23,043 nucleotides of DNA from a virus. The translations under genes and the position numbers were made by a program. This document shows positions 6,984-16,680 of the stretch, piece after piece. Each line of letters opens with the position of its first letter. The stretch's first letter is position 1. The stretch lies in the UHGV virus genome UHGV-1317269; one strand, given 5' to 3'. A model generated the notes under the pieces. It was given only the letters and a program-made list of their open reading frames with translations. It was not told where the DNA came from and searched no databases.

Positions 6984-9689
6984 CTACATTGCCATTAATA
7001 TAAACATAGCCAATTCGTCATAACGAATTCCGTAGCGTCCTCCTGCTTTTTTTACAAGAATCATATCTCCTGTTTTATATTGAGAATAAATTTTCTCACC
7101 TGTATCAGGATCTGTGCTCTCTTCAGTTATCACCTCTTCATCCCATACGTCAGGCCATTCATCGTAACACCAAAAAGCATATTGCTCAGGGTTTAAACCA
7201 TGCTTTCTAAGAATATCCCCTACGGTTTGAGCGCCAACGCCAAAATGATACCTGGACGACTCAATTCCTTTGTGATTAATTGAGTCATTAAATTTAAATT
7301 TATAGATGACTGACTTTATTTCAATAGCGGCATCACGCTCTGCATTAAGAATATCATATCTTGTTTTAAGAGTTTCATCTGATGTATTGATTGACCCGGT
7401 TCCTGCATAAATAACAGAGCATCTGTTTGATGGCTGTCCAATAGCTTTAACATTATCATCAACAGGAGCTATTTTATTAGCATCTGCCAACCACCAGTCT
7501 GTTCCATCAGCGTGACCGATTCTTACTCTTATCCCGCTTCTAATATTTAAACTTCCAGTATTACTCTGTAAATTACAATCTCCTGACGTTGGTCCAAGCA
7601 GTACAGTTTTACCAACACCACATACTACTCTGGCATTTCCTTTTTGTGATACGAGTCTTGACTCACCTCCTGACTGCTCAGGAAGAGATTTATGGTCTAT
7701 AAATGCATCGCGGGGGTTAAATACACCGTCTCCAGAATTATATCTTCCTCCTGTATAGTTGTTAAATACAGGACCCCAGTCAACGCCATTGCCTTCAGAG
7801 CACCCGACCATTCTAAGCACTCGAGTATTCCCTGCTGCATATGGTAATGAGCTTGTTGATTGCCGGGAAGCTATCATACGTGCTCCATAACCAATAGCAT
7901 TACCACCATTTATAGTTACATATGCTTGCTGGCTTTCGAAATATGTACTGTAAAAGTTCATATTTCCACAGTCATGTAGATGAATAAGAACATCATCCCA
8001 TCCCTGAATGGTTCCTGCATGTACCTGTACACCGCGAACTGGTTCCCCTGAAACCTCCATACACTCTGATGGCCGGCTGAATGGCTGAGACAGGTATTGC
8101 GATGTGGCAAGCAGATGTGTGTGGTGATACAGGCTGGTAATGTAGCAATCGAAAAATTGCGTTCCCGCCATACCAAAGTTATCTATGTCATTTCGCCGTA
8201 TAGTAGAACCTACTGTTGCCTCAGAAGCGTTAGACACTCCAGTAAATACTAACTTATCACCGGATACGGATAATCCTGAATAAGTGAAATTCCTGCCTCC
8301 AGATCTTAAAACCCCGGACGTTTCGAAGGTGTGGCTTGCTGACCATGGGATTTCGATAGTGCTGGACGTTACCGCTGTAATTCGGAATACATCATGGGCG
8401 CGGATCGAAACACCCTTGAATCCTTGGAATCTACAGTGATAATAGTTTTCATCCTCGCCCTGAGCAGCCAGCGTGCCAGATACAGGAATGTTCGTTTTTA
8501 AAAGTGCCGTCTTGCGCCAGTATCCAACCACCTGCAAATTGCGGTATTCATTGCCAAAAGACGCACGTGACCAAATACCTACATCCCACTCATCGCCAAG
8601 ACCGGTATTTGCAATGTCTTTATAACCATCCAGCCCATTGAAATATGGAACAATACGAAAGTTCTCAAGGCGAACACATCCTGTCTCAGGCATCAATATT
8701 GCGGCAGAGAATGGTTTAAGTGTGGCTCTTGTAGCCCCATTAGCATCACCGTTAGTAAAATCCAATAAATCATATGATGAAGCAGGTGCCGTTGTTGTAT
8801 ACGGGTCTTCGGAAGATGGATTAGAAACCACGCCACCACTAACATCCATATTAGAAACACAATCTACAGTATATTTTTTATTTCCTACCCCGTACATCAG
8901 GAATGTGGTCCCTGTGGTAATATCAGGAGCAAATGTTGCAGTATATCCTGAGACCCATTTGCCCACACCAAGACAAATTATCCCACCACCAGAAACAGGT
9001 GTTAACGTATCCGTTATTACATACGCATTATCAGTACCATAAATAACCTTTCCTGTGTTAAGGGCAGCTTGCCACGCGGCCCAGTCTATTGACTGAGATA
9101 ATGAGTCAACAAAAGGATATAAGGATTTTGCTTCAGAAATTGAAGAAAACCACTCAGATAATGGATGATATTTCCCATCCCCAATTGCTCCAAATTGTTT
9201 TACATTTAAGAAAAGAGCATTGTTTTCATGCTGAGTTATAGTTACAGCCCCGGTAAATGGCTGCCTTACCCCAATTAATGCATCACCTTTTGAATCATCA
9301 TTAATGTATGCTCCTGATTGAGATAACTGCTCTTTGAAGTCTGGGCCAAACTGATCTGGATCGTATTTTAATACATTTGGGAAATAAAACTGCTGAGTGC
9401 CATAAGCATCGTAAACAGCCATAGAATGGCCTTGCACAGTTACGAACTTGGCAATCTGTCCGTTATATACCGGATATCCAGCAGCGTTAATGATGATTGG
9501 TTGCAAAACAGGAACGCGAGAACCGTCTTCGTTCTCTACATAAACCTGAATCTGGTTTTCAGGATTTACCGGGTCAGTGTCAATTTTTCCGATATAAATT
9601 TTGCCATTGGCAACCGCTTTAAAAGAACGAGCCATAGTGAAGAGTTGCGAAGGCATGCTTACCACAACATTGGCTGTAATGTCTGTCAT
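6984..9689 (-). CDS. tailspike protein: P22 gp9-like N-terminal head-binding domain, divergent receptor-binding body, C-terminal intramolecular-chaperone (peptidase S74-like) domain
   Basis: 901 aa; first ~110 aa ([11 protein letters not shown]...[32 protein letters not shown]...VLKYDPDQ) match the remembered P22 tailspike N-terminus; central region rich in G/S/T/N repeats; C-terminal [11 protein letters not shown] fits the S-D-x3-K autocleavage motif of chaperone domains. Confidence 0.88.
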   Translation of the reverse strand: MTDITANVVVSMPSQLFTMARSFKAVANGKIYIGKIDTDPVNPENQIQVYVENEDGSRVPVLQPIIINAAGYPVYNGQIAKFVTVQGHSMAVYDAYGTQQFYFPNVLKYDPDQFGPDFKEQLSQSGAYINDDSKGDALIGVRQPFTGAVTITQHENNALFLNVKQFGAIGDGKYHPLSEWFSSISEAKSLYPFVDSLSQSIDWAAWQAALNTGKVIYGTDNAYVITDTLTPVSGGGIICLGVGKWVSGYTATFAPDITTGTTFLMYGVGNKKYTVDCVSNMDVSGGVVSNPSSEDPYTTTAPASSYDLLDFTNGDANGATRATLKPFSAAILMPETGCVRLENFRIVPYFNGLDGYKDIANTGLGDEWDVGIWSRASFGNEYRNLQVVGYWRKTALLKTNIPVSGTLAAQGEDENYYHCRFQGFKGVSIRAHDVFRITAVTSSTIEIPWSASHTFETSGVLRSGGRNFTYSGLSVSGDKLVFTGVSNASEATVGSTIRRNDIDNFGMAGTQFFDCYITSLYHHTHLLATSQYLSQPFSRPSECMEVSGEPVRGVQVHAGTIQGWDDVLIHLHDCGNMNFYSTYFESQQAYVTINGGNAIGYGARMIASRQSTSSLPYAAGNTRVLRMVGCSEGNGVDWGPVFNNYTGGRYNSGDGVFNPRDAFIDHKSLPEQSGGESRLVSQKGNARVVCGVGKTVLLGPTSGDCNLQSNTGSLNIRSGIRVRIGHADGTDWWLADANKIAPVDDNVKAIGQPSNRCSVIYAGTGSINTSDETLKTRYDILNAERDAAIEIKSVIYKFKFNDSINHKGIESSRYHFGVGAQTVGDILRKHGLNPEQYAFWCYDEWPDVWDEEVITEESTDPDTGEKIYSQYKTGDMILVKKAGGRYGIRYDELAMFILMAM

Positions 9690-9747
9690 TTAATTTGCTC
9701 CAGATACAAGGAATCTCCGCAGCGGGGCTACGGTGAATTTTGGGCAT

Positions 9748-9770
9748 AAAAAAACCCAGCCGAAGCTGGG
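9748..9770 (-). terminator. intrinsic terminator between ant and the tailspike gene
   Basis: Minus strand reads CCCAGC-ttcg-GCTGGG followed by TTTTTTT. Confidence 0.6.
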
Positions 9771-9789
9771 TAGTTGCGTTGGTTATCTG

Positions 9790-10692
9790 TCAGTGGTTAT
9801 GTACTGAAGGAGGTAATTCTTTATTCTTAAGTCTCATCCATGCGGAAAGATTCGTTGGTCCGTCTGGCTCATTGATATCAACATCTCGTGTGTGATTAAT
9901 TAAAACGTCCCTCGCCATTCCGATAACATACGAGAACTCATGACCGTAGTCGTAGCATCTGCCGGAATAGTTCGATTGAATTTGTTTTAATGCCGGATAC
10001 AGTTCGCGGAATAATGCCTGTGAGCGATTGGCATAATCCCATAGCCATACAAGGCTGTTTGCTTCTTTTGCAGAAAGCTCGTTGGTTTTCTTCTCTTGTT
10101 TGCCAATGAACTCACCTTCAAGCACTACCCTGTGGATGTACTCTACGGCTTTCGGTATCTGAGATGCATCAAGCTCTTCAATACTTTCCACATTGAAACG
10201 CTGATGAATCATTGCATAAGCTTCTGGGTACATTAGATGCTTTTTGCTGACCAGCATATTTACAGCATCACGAAGCGGAGTCCTGTCATCAACAGATGTT
10301 TTCTTACGTGCATTTTCTGCCTTTCCCTTCGTCCAGTAGTCATGCAGCACAGTAAAGCATTCTTCCTGGTACTGAATCAGTTTATCACGGATGTCAGCAC
10401 GAACTTTCTCAGGGTTGATGCTGAACAGCCATCCATTTAACTTCTTCAAAGGAAGACAGAGTAGCTTACGAAGCTTACCATCAGCGGCAACCATGTTCAT
10501 ATGAACACAGTTGAATTTGCTAATCTGCTTCATGAGTTTTGTTTGCTGCGTTGACCAGCTCATTCCAAGGTTTTCAACGATTGGCTTCATCGCAACATAT
10601 GCAACTCCGGCAGCCATGGCGGTGATAATTTGCTGACCGTTGAATGGTACGTAAGAGGTGTTCACTGCTTCTAAAATTGCTATACTATTCAT
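9790..10692 (-). CDS. ant: antirepressor Ant (P22 immI)
   Basis: Start set at MNSIAIL (ATG 10692, GGAG upstream), giving 300 aa, the length of P22 Ant; directly downstream of arc as in P22; the upstream in-frame extension used by the ORF track is not adopted. Confidence 0.7.
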   Translation of the reverse strand: MNSIAILEAVNTSYVPFNGQQIITAMAAGVAYVAMKPIVENLGMSWSTQQTKLMKQISKFNCVHMNMVAADGKLRKLLCLPLKKLNGWLFSINPEKVRADIRDKLIQYQEECFTVLHDYWTKGKAENARKKTSVDDRTPLRDAVNMLVSKKHLMYPEAYAMIHQRFNVESIEELDASQIPKAVEYIHRVVLEGEFIGKQEKKTNELSAKEANSLVWLWDYANRSQALFRELYPALKQIQSNYSGRCYDYGHEFSYVIGMARDVLINHTRDVDINEPDGPTNLSAWMRLKNKELPPSVHNH

Positions 10693-10693
10693 G

Positions 10694-10760
10694 TTGGTTT
10701 TTCTCCACGGATTTACTGACAAACGAAGCCCTGACTGTTCCCGCAGTTGGGGCTTCAACT
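10694..10760 (+). ncRNA. candidate sar-like antisense RNA region covering the ant ribosome-binding site (by analogy with P22 sar)
   Basis: Plus-strand -10-like TATACT at 10681-10686 inside the start of ant; extended hairpin GAAGCCC...GGGCTTC at 10725-10756 in the arc-ant spacer. Inference only, exact ends unknown. Confidence 0.3.
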
Positions 10761-10922
10761 TTACGCGCCAATGCGCCCTTCCTTCTTAAAGCTTTCCATT
10801 ACTCTCTGATAAATCTCAGAGTTAACAGACCGACCATTCTCTTCCGCCACCTTGCGTACCAAATCCAATACTTCTTTAGGCCACCGCAAATTGAACTGCG
10901 GCATTTTGCTCATTCCTTTCAT
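10761..10922 (-). CDS. arc: Arc repressor (ribbon-helix-helix)
   Basis: 53-aa translation [53 protein letters not shown] is essentially the P22 Arc sequence as I recall it; the ORF track's N-terminal extension is not used. Confidence 0.95.
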   Translation of the reverse strand: MKGMSKMPQFNLRWPKEVLDLVRKVAEENGRSVNSEIYQRVMESFKKEGRIGA

Positions 10923-10936
10923 GTTCACCTCACAAT

Positions 10937-10957
10937 ATAGGTCCACGGTGGACCTAT
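10937..10957. promoter_or_regulatory. Mnt operator (O_mnt), overlapping the Pant promoter
   Basis: Perfect palindrome ATAGGTCCACGGTGGACCTAT, the known P22 mnt operator. Confidence 0.8.
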
Positions 10958-10964
10958 TGAGAAT

Positions 10965-10985
10965 ATAGTAGAGTGCTTCTATCAT
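10965..10985. promoter_or_regulatory. Arc operator (O_arc) in the divergent Pant/Pmnt region
   Basis: ATAGTAGAGTGCTTCTATCAT, matching the P22 arc operator sequence. Confidence 0.8.
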
Positions 10986-11012
10986 GTCAATACACTAACT
11001 TGGAGTGATGGC

Positions 11013-11264
11013 ATGGCTAGAGATGATCCGCACTTTAACTTCCGTATGCCTATGGAAGTAAGGGAGAAATTAAAATTCAGGGCGGAGGCGAATGGGAGAT
11101 CAATGAACTCCGAGTTGTTACAAATCGTCCAAGATGCTCTATCAAAACCATCGCCTGTGACTGGATATCGTGACGATGCAGAACGACTCGCTGATGAGCA
11201 GTCAGATCTTGTTAAGAAGATGGTGTTTGATACGCTGAAGGATTTGTACAAAAAACCCACCTGA
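11013..11264 (+). CDS. mnt: Mnt repressor (maintenance of lysogeny; ribbon-helix-helix)
   Basis: 83-aa translation MARDDPHFNFRMPMEVREKLKFRAEANGRSMNSELLQIVQDALSKPSPVTGY... matches remembered P22 Mnt; divergent from arc. Confidence 0.95.
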   Translation: MARDDPHFNFRMPMEVREKLKFRAEANGRSMNSELLQIVQDALSKPSPVTGYRDDAERLADEQSDLVKKMVFDTLKDLYKKPT

Positions 11265-11278
11265 CGGTGGGTTTTATT
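11250..11278. terminator. bidirectional intrinsic terminator shared by mnt (+) and the converging minus-strand accessory operon
   Basis: AAAAAA-CCCACC-tgac-GGTGGG-TTTTATT; the mnt stop codon lies in the loop. Confidence 0.6.
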
Positions 11279-11699
11279 AGTGCTTGTATAGCTTGAACTC
11301 CCTGTCGAGCCATAAGACATAAAAAGTGGCTCCTATCTTATAACCAACCATAGGTGCCTTAGAGCAAAATCTGAACGCAATGAAATCCACATCTTGAGTA
11401 ACATGCTTAGGAATCGGAGCCTTTATCGCGTTTCTGGCAATTTTTTCCGTCCCAAGCCCGTGTTTATCAGATTTTCGTATCTCATCCCATGACATCTGAC
11501 TTAACCTGAACAGCCTATCTGCAAATGCTGCCTTTTCATGCTTTTGGCAGCAATCCAGGCAATACCCCTTTTGTAGGTATCTAAGAGAAAATACAGGCGG
11601 ACTTTTTTCTACATCATGAGATTCGTGATGGATAGAGAGGCCAACAGTAGCAGAGCTCTCTTTATCCCTCTGTTTTATTCTTCCCTTAACTCTAGACAT
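11277..11699 (-). CDS. hypothetical 140-aa protein, candidate toxin/effector partner of the upstream Panacea-domain protein
   Basis: Starts 5 nt after the stop of the upstream gene; no confident family assignment from reading; contains an R-x4-H element (RKSDKH) and a beta-rich C-terminus (MVGYKIGATFYVLWLD). Confidence 0.5.
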   Translation of the reverse strand: MSRVKGRIKQRDKESSATVGLSIHHESHDVEKSPPVFSLRYLQKGYCLDCCQKHEKAAFADRLFRLSQMSWDEIRKSDKHGLGTEKIARNAIKAPIPKHVTQDVDFIAFRFCSKAPMVGYKIGATFYVLWLDREFKLYKH

Positions 11700-11704
11700 A
11701 CACG

Positions 11705-12148
11705 TCAGTTAATTAACGTTTTGAAAAAACCTTTCATAGAATCAAGTGTGATTTCTTGGCTAACCGCACCCTCAATGTAAGCATCTTTCCATGGCTGCTC
11801 TTCGTGAGTCATATTGCGCAGTTTCCAGGCAGAAAACTGACCATAAACTTTATACACCTCATCCAGCAATTCAATTTCATCTTCACTGAATTTTTTAGCG
11901 TCAAAGTTTTCTGGCGCAGGTAAAGCTCCGTTACCACAGTCCCTATATTTACGATACAATTCAGGAACTACTGGCCCATGCATCCAGGCTTCAATTTTCT
12001 CATTAAATAGCGGCTTACCCAGAAGAACCAGAGAAAACCCTTGGGCATAATACGTCAACTTCTGAATTTTTAGGTTAGAGATAATGTCGCCACTTTCTTC
12101 ATCGCAATGCGCCAAGAAGTAGTCGGCGACATCAAAACAAGTGAGCAT
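11705..12148 (-). CDS. Panacea-domain (DUF4065, PanA/SocA/GepA-like) protein, candidate antitoxin
   Basis: NLKIQKLTYYAQGFSLV...FNEKIEAWMHGPVVPELY resembles the conserved core of DUF4065 as I recall it; start placed at the Met 7 nt after GGAGG (the ORF-track start is 2 codons upstream); AT-rich relative to the late genes. Confidence 0.55.
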   Translation of the reverse strand: MLTCFDVADYFLAHCDEESGDIISNLKIQKLTYYAQGFSLVLLGKPLFNEKIEAWMHGPVVPELYRKYRDCGNGALPAPENFDAKKFSEDEIELLDEVYKVYGQFSAWKLRNMTHEEQPWKDAYIEGAVSQEITLDSMKGFFKTLIN

Positions 12149-12522
12149 AAACATACCTCCATCTTGATAGCCGCAGCTATGTATACAACTGTGTCAAGTT
12201 GCATTTAATACCATAACAAAGCTGTCATCAATCCTTCAGAGGCTAACTTACAACCACTTTCTCGACACGTTTAAATCATTACGTTTCACATTTACTGCAT
12301 TTTCGCCGAAGTTACCTATAAGGTAATGTCACATTTCCTGCAAGTTTCATGCAATGTTGAAAAGTGAGCTATTCACTTTTCTATGACACTAAACACCAAA
12401 AATAGCACTTTTTGCTAAATCATTCGTCCAAGTTGTGGATGGCTTGTCGTTGACACGTTTTCACACACCACTCCACCAATACAGTATCATCTGGTATCCT
12501 GCTCAAAACTAAGGAGGTTGGT

Positions 12523-12729
12523 GTGAAGCGATGGGTTATCGGTCTTGCTGCAGTTACTGTTTTTATTTTCTCGGCTTCGACTGGTTACGGGGTTAGATTC
12601 TCATCATCAAGAATCAACGATAAGATTGAATGCAGATACATAAGTGTTTCCGGCAAATTCTCCAGAAATTACTGGTATTCAGATAATGGAATCATGGGAA
12701 TTAGCAATTGCCCTTTATTTGACAGATAG
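12523..12729 (+). CDS. small membrane-anchored or secreted protein (68 aa)
   Basis: GTG start 5 nt after AAGGAGG (12511-12517); N-terminal hydrophobic segment WVIGLAAVTVFIFSAS. Confidence 0.4.
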   Translation: MKRWVIGLAAVTVFIFSASTGYGVRFSSSRINDKIECRYISVSGKFSRNYWYSDNGIMGISNCPLFDR

Positions 12730-12746
12730 CCATCCGTGGCTCCTAT

Positions 12747-13037
12747 TCATTTTTTACAGGCGATGAGCAGATTCCTTGATATGGTGTTACCTGCAAATGC
12801 CATCTCTGGGTTTGCCGTTGCCAAAAATCCTTTGTCTCCTGCAGATGTCAAGACATCATATCCTTTGCTTCCACACAAATCGCCAGCCTTGGTTAGACAC
12901 ATACCCCATGAACCACCAAGACCTGAGCAATCAATAGTGTATGCCTCTCTGCCATCAGGCGCGTATGTTTTAGAAGATGTTGCACAACCAGACAAAAGAA
13001 TGACATTAAAACAAGCAACTGCAATGATCCGCTTCAT
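12747..13037 (-). CDS. putative lipoprotein (accessory gene downstream of gp16)
   Basis: MKRIIAVACFNVILLSGC is a signal peptide with a lipobox (LLSGC); Cys-rich mature part; preferred over the overlapping opposite-strand ORF 12736-13074. Confidence 0.5.
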   Translation of the reverse strand: MKRIIAVACFNVILLSGCATSSKTYAPDGREAYTIDCSGLGGSWGMCLTKAGDLCGSKGYDVLTSAGDKGFLATANPEMAFAGNTISRNLLIACKK

Positions 13038-13132
13038 ATCAATTTCCATATTTACAAAACCGGAAACATCCTAATGACAAAACAATCAAATGTGAAGCAC
13101 GAGATAAGATCAATCCATCCGTGGACGACTAA

Positions 13133-15259
13133 TTACTCCTGTGTCATTCCGCTTAGCGATGCCACAATCCCAGCCCTCGCTAATTGCTGAAACTCTTCGT
13201 TTCCGACTGTATCACGTATCGCTTTTACGGCAGCTTTATTTGCCATAAATCTGCGTTCAGCCGCCACTAATGCTTCTTTGCTTCCGCCTGCTCTTACTGC
13301 TTTAGTTGCTTCCTGAACTGCTTTCTCTATCGCATACCGACCACTACGTGTGGTGGCAATTTTAGATACAGCGCCTTTTAACCCAGCGCCAACTAAAGCA
13401 CCTGCGGCAGCGCCTGCAATGCCTCCTCCAGCGCCACCAACAATGGCACCTGATGTTGAGTTGGCAATTGCATTTAACACTGTTGATGTGACGTTGGATA
13501 AACCAGCATCCAGATCGCGTAGTACATTGGCAGTTCTCCCTGTTCTTTCAATATACTGCTGAGGTTTCACTGCTGCTCTTGCAAGAGTGCCATATGCATC
13601 AGCAATTCTTCCAAGCTCTGAGGAATATCGGCTAATGGCTTTTACATTTTGTGGAGTGAGTATCTCTGCGATATGGTTAATTCCTGCGGCATCAGCTTTG
13701 CCACCACGTACACCATGCGAGATGGCATCCTGCAACATTGATGATATAGCAGGAACACGCTCTGATTCTGGCAGAGCGCGGATCATAGAATGGAATCCAG
13801 CAGGACCATTGAGACCTTTAGCTGACGATGATTGAAGAGATTTTACTCCATTCGTAATCAGTGCATCTGTTGCCAAATCACGCCCGAAAACAGACTCTGC
13901 ACTCTCTTGTGCTGATAATCTCGCTTTAGACAGATCATTAGCTTTTTGCCAGTCATCAAGAAATCCGCCGTTTTCCGCCATTGTGCGCATATCATCAGTA
14001 ATTGCCCGGCGTATTTCCCCTGCTCTCCTTGCCGCATTTGCCTCTCCGCTACGCTTATATTTTTGCTCCGCATCAGCAAATTTCGCTCTCCATGCTTTCA
14101 TGCCATCAAATGTTACTCCACCTTGATTGTTTGCCTGAACAAACTGTTTCATTTCAGTAGTAAGCGGTATGCCGGCAGATCGCTCTGCCTGAATAACGGC
14201 ATTACCATTTAGCATTCTTGCTTTTTGATTTGGCATTGTTGACCGCACGTCATCCCATGCCGCGCGCTCGGCATCCTTCATCTGATCAAGATTTTGAAGA
14301 ATCCTTTGTTTTATAGCCGCACTTTTTTCTGATGCCGTTCCAGATGCGGCCCCAAATTCATCAAGGTTTCGACTTAACTTTGATGATATTTCGTTAAATG
14401 CTGCCTGATGGGCGTCCTGAACAATTCCTGGTGTTGATGCCAATGCGCCTTCGGCTTGTGCAATTCCACGACTTCCAGATCGCATTCCTGGTGTTAATGC
14501 GTTTATATCAATTCCAGCAGACTCAGCCGCTTTTGCTACATCTTCGGACACATTAGCGGCCTGTCTGGCAATTGACTGACGCCCAGCACCTGACTTTGCC
14601 ATCCTGGAAACATCATTAGCAGAATTCAGTGCTGCACCACCAAGAGCCTGTGAAACCCTTGGCGCAATAACGCGCCCGACACCTGAAAGAACGCCTTGAG
14701 CACCAATATTGATACCACCGTTAATGGCAGTATTTTGTGCAAAATCACCCTCCTGATTTGCAGCATCAGCAAGAGAACCTGCAATCATGTTTCCTGCGGA
14801 ACCGATGTCTCCTGCGAGCTTTGCTGGCGCTCCAGCAGCTTTTGCCGCTGTGCCAATTGGCAGGAGATACCCACCAATTGTTTCACCGGCTTGCGCGTAA
14901 GGGTCTGTCGGTCGATCGACTGGACGATAGACATCATCCAATACTTTTGGCCCACCAAGCCCCTGACTGATTGCATTAATCAGGCTTGCGCCGCCCTGCA
15001 ATACGTCAAATGGTATGTTTACCAGACCACGACCAGCCTGCTCTGCAATTTGCCCTGCACTTTGACCACCTGTGAGCCAATCGCCAGCTTGTTGCATCAA
15101 TGATGGTTCTTCACGTGCTGGTTCATTATTGGCCTGATTAACTGTTTGTTGCTGAACAGCCTGACCAGCAAAATACTCATCAATGGCGGTACCAATATCT
15201 TCCGTGCTCGTACCATCAGGGAAGGTAAATTTCTTACCGTTTGCAGTTACTTTCATCAT
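13133..15259 (-). CDS. ejection (injection) protein, P22 gp16-like
   Basis: 708 aa, in the gp16 position after gp20; Ala/Gly-rich low-complexity stretches; stop/start overlap with the upstream gene. Confidence 0.7.
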   Translation of the reverse strand: MMKVTANGKKFTFPDGTSTEDIGTAIDEYFAGQAVQQQTVNQANNEPAREEPSLMQQAGDWLTGGQSAGQIAEQAGRGLVNIPFDVLQGGASLINAISQGLGGPKVLDDVYRPVDRPTDPYAQAGETIGGYLLPIGTAAKAAGAPAKLAGDIGSAGNMIAGSLADAANQEGDFAQNTAINGGINIGAQGVLSGVGRVIAPRVSQALGGAALNSANDVSRMAKSGAGRQSIARQAANVSEDVAKAAESAGIDINALTPGMRSGSRGIAQAEGALASTPGIVQDAHQAAFNEISSKLSRNLDEFGAASGTASEKSAAIKQRILQNLDQMKDAERAAWDDVRSTMPNQKARMLNGNAVIQAERSAGIPLTTEMKQFVQANNQGGVTFDGMKAWRAKFADAEQKYKRSGEANAARRAGEIRRAITDDMRTMAENGGFLDDWQKANDLSKARLSAQESAESVFGRDLATDALITNGVKSLQSSSAKGLNGPAGFHSMIRALPESERVPAISSMLQDAISHGVRGGKADAAGINHIAEILTPQNVKAISRYSSELGRIADAYGTLARAAVKPQQYIERTGRTANVLRDLDAGLSNVTSTVLNAIANSTSGAIVGGAGGGIAGAAAGALVGAGLKGAVSKIATTRSGRYAIEKAVQEATKAVRAGGSKEALVAAERRFMANKAAVKAIRDTVGNEEFQQLARAGIVASLSGMTQE

Positions 15260-16668
15260 TCCACCGTAAATTGAATGCCTGATTTTGAGGTATATGATCC
15301 AACCTGATTCCGTGGTTCTCCTGAAGGTGTCGAATCTTGTGCTGGCGCTGCGTCAGTATTCATTGACATATACCGCTTAACGGCACTCCCCAATGATTCA
15401 CCTTTTTTAACATCCAACCCCAATATCTGACCGCCATTACGCGATTGTCCAGGGTTGCCATTCGCGCTCATCCACTCAGCTTTAAACTCATTAAACTGCG
15501 CGTTTCGTCGCTCAAGGTTTGCCATTGCATCAAGCCATCTTGCGACCGTCTCAGGGTTATCCATGTCAGTTGGCGCACCCTGTCGAACAATCTCAACGTC
15601 TTTATCCGTTGCTGGGCCGGGAGGTAGGAATTTAAGAACCTGACTGTTAACAAGGGCATTTTGGCGAATGCGCAAATCACGCAATGTCGTATCGCTTCCG
15701 GTAAGTTTTGCGAACATGTTCTGTGCGTTACCGAACAAACCGGTCGTTGGTTTTTCTGCTCTGAACTGTTGAGCAAGCGCACTCATGGAATTGGCTGAGT
15801 TTGATGATGCTGTGGCATTGTTTACAGCCGTCTCGATGCCTTTTTCCATGTTTACTGACAGCTTAGGTGCTTCGCTAATCAACTGCTGAGCCTTTTCCTG
15901 CGCTTGCTGCATCTTAAACCCGAACTCTTGCTGATCCAGAGCCAAGCGTTGTGCTGCGATATTGTGCCCAGTCATTGCTGACTGATAGGAAAGGTTTTGC
16001 CCTCTCGCCTGAAGTGCTTCACCAGCCTGATTGCTGCGGATTGTCTCTGCCAGCCTGCCTCGGTCAATTTCACGAACAGCCATCTTGTCCTGAACATTGA
16101 AGTAATCAATCGGACCAAGAGCAGCCATCCCAAGGTGATCAACAAACTCACCAAATCCTGAAGGATTCTGCTGATACATTTTCGCCACATCCAGAGGGTC
16201 TACTCCGGCACGAGTAAGCTCAGATGAGTTGTTCTGCAACCATGACATCATGGCTTCTGGAGATGAAGCTGCCAGTCTGGCACTTGCTGCCAGTGTGCCG
16301 ACAGTGGAACGCTGGTCTTCATCGACAAATTTCATGCCGTTTCTTACAGCGTCAAACTGCTCAGGATACTGTGATGCCAGTTTTCGCATTGCATCGCGGT
16401 CACCAGATGTATATGCATCAGCATAAGCCTGCTGAAACTCTTGCTGTCGCTTCTGCTGATCCATCTGCTTATACATATCCATGACAGATGAAATGCCCTG
16501 CAAAGCCTGCAAGCCAACGTTATTACGTCCTGAACGCTCCATCTCGTTATTCTGTCGAATGTATGCAAGCGTGGCGTCTGCATCACTTGCTCTTGGAGCG
16601 TTGGAGTTCATGCCGCCTAACCCGGCAAGAAGCGCGCCTGAATTACCAGCCTGTTGCCATGTAGCCAA
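15256..16668 (-). CDS. ejection protein, P22 gp20-like
   Basis: 470 aa (P22 gp20 is about this size), located between the gp7 and gp16 homologues. Confidence 0.7.
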   Translation of the reverse strand: MATWQQAGNSGALLAGLGGMNSNAPRASDADATLAYIRQNNEMERSGRNNVGLQALQGISSVMDMYKQMDQQKRQQEFQQAYADAYTSGDRDAMRKLASQYPEQFDAVRNGMKFVDEDQRSTVGTLAASARLAASSPEAMMSWLQNNSSELTRAGVDPLDVAKMYQQNPSGFGEFVDHLGMAALGPIDYFNVQDKMAVREIDRGRLAETIRSNQAGEALQARGQNLSYQSAMTGHNIAAQRLALDQQEFGFKMQQAQEKAQQLISEAPKLSVNMEKGIETAVNNATASSNSANSMSALAQQFRAEKPTTGLFGNAQNMFAKLTGSDTTLRDLRIRQNALVNSQVLKFLPPGPATDKDVEIVRQGAPTDMDNPETVARWLDAMANLERRNAQFNEFKAEWMSANGNPGQSRNGGQILGLDVKKGESLGSAVKRYMSMNTDAAPAQDSTPSGEPRNQVGSYTSKSGIQFTVE

Positions 16669-16680
16669 GAGACACCTCCA

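Noticed and set aside
8638-9042. 134-aa plus-strand ORF inside the tailspike gene
   Set aside because: Antisense to the tailspike coding sequence; no start context.
9790-10758. Longer Ant ORF starting at 10758 ([10 protein letters not shown]...)
   Set aside because: The extension would overlap the arc-ant spacer and hairpin; the start at 10692 has an RBS and gives the 300-aa length expected for Ant.
10761-10985. 74-aa version of the arc ORF
   Set aside because: The upstream in-frame extension would cover both operators; the 53-aa product from ATG 10922 matches Arc exactly.
12450-12484. Sigma-70 promoter for the small membrane-protein gene (TTGACA at 12450-12455)
   Set aside because: The best -10-like hexamers are 23 bp or more from the -35, so the spacing is wrong; left as unassigned regulatory sequence.
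13350-15103. Several plus-strand ORFs (13350-13562, 13587-13835, 13946-14212, 14696-15103) inside gp16
   Set aside because: Shadow ORFs from the GC/Ala-rich antisense of gp16; Pro/Ala- or Cys-rich nonsense translations.
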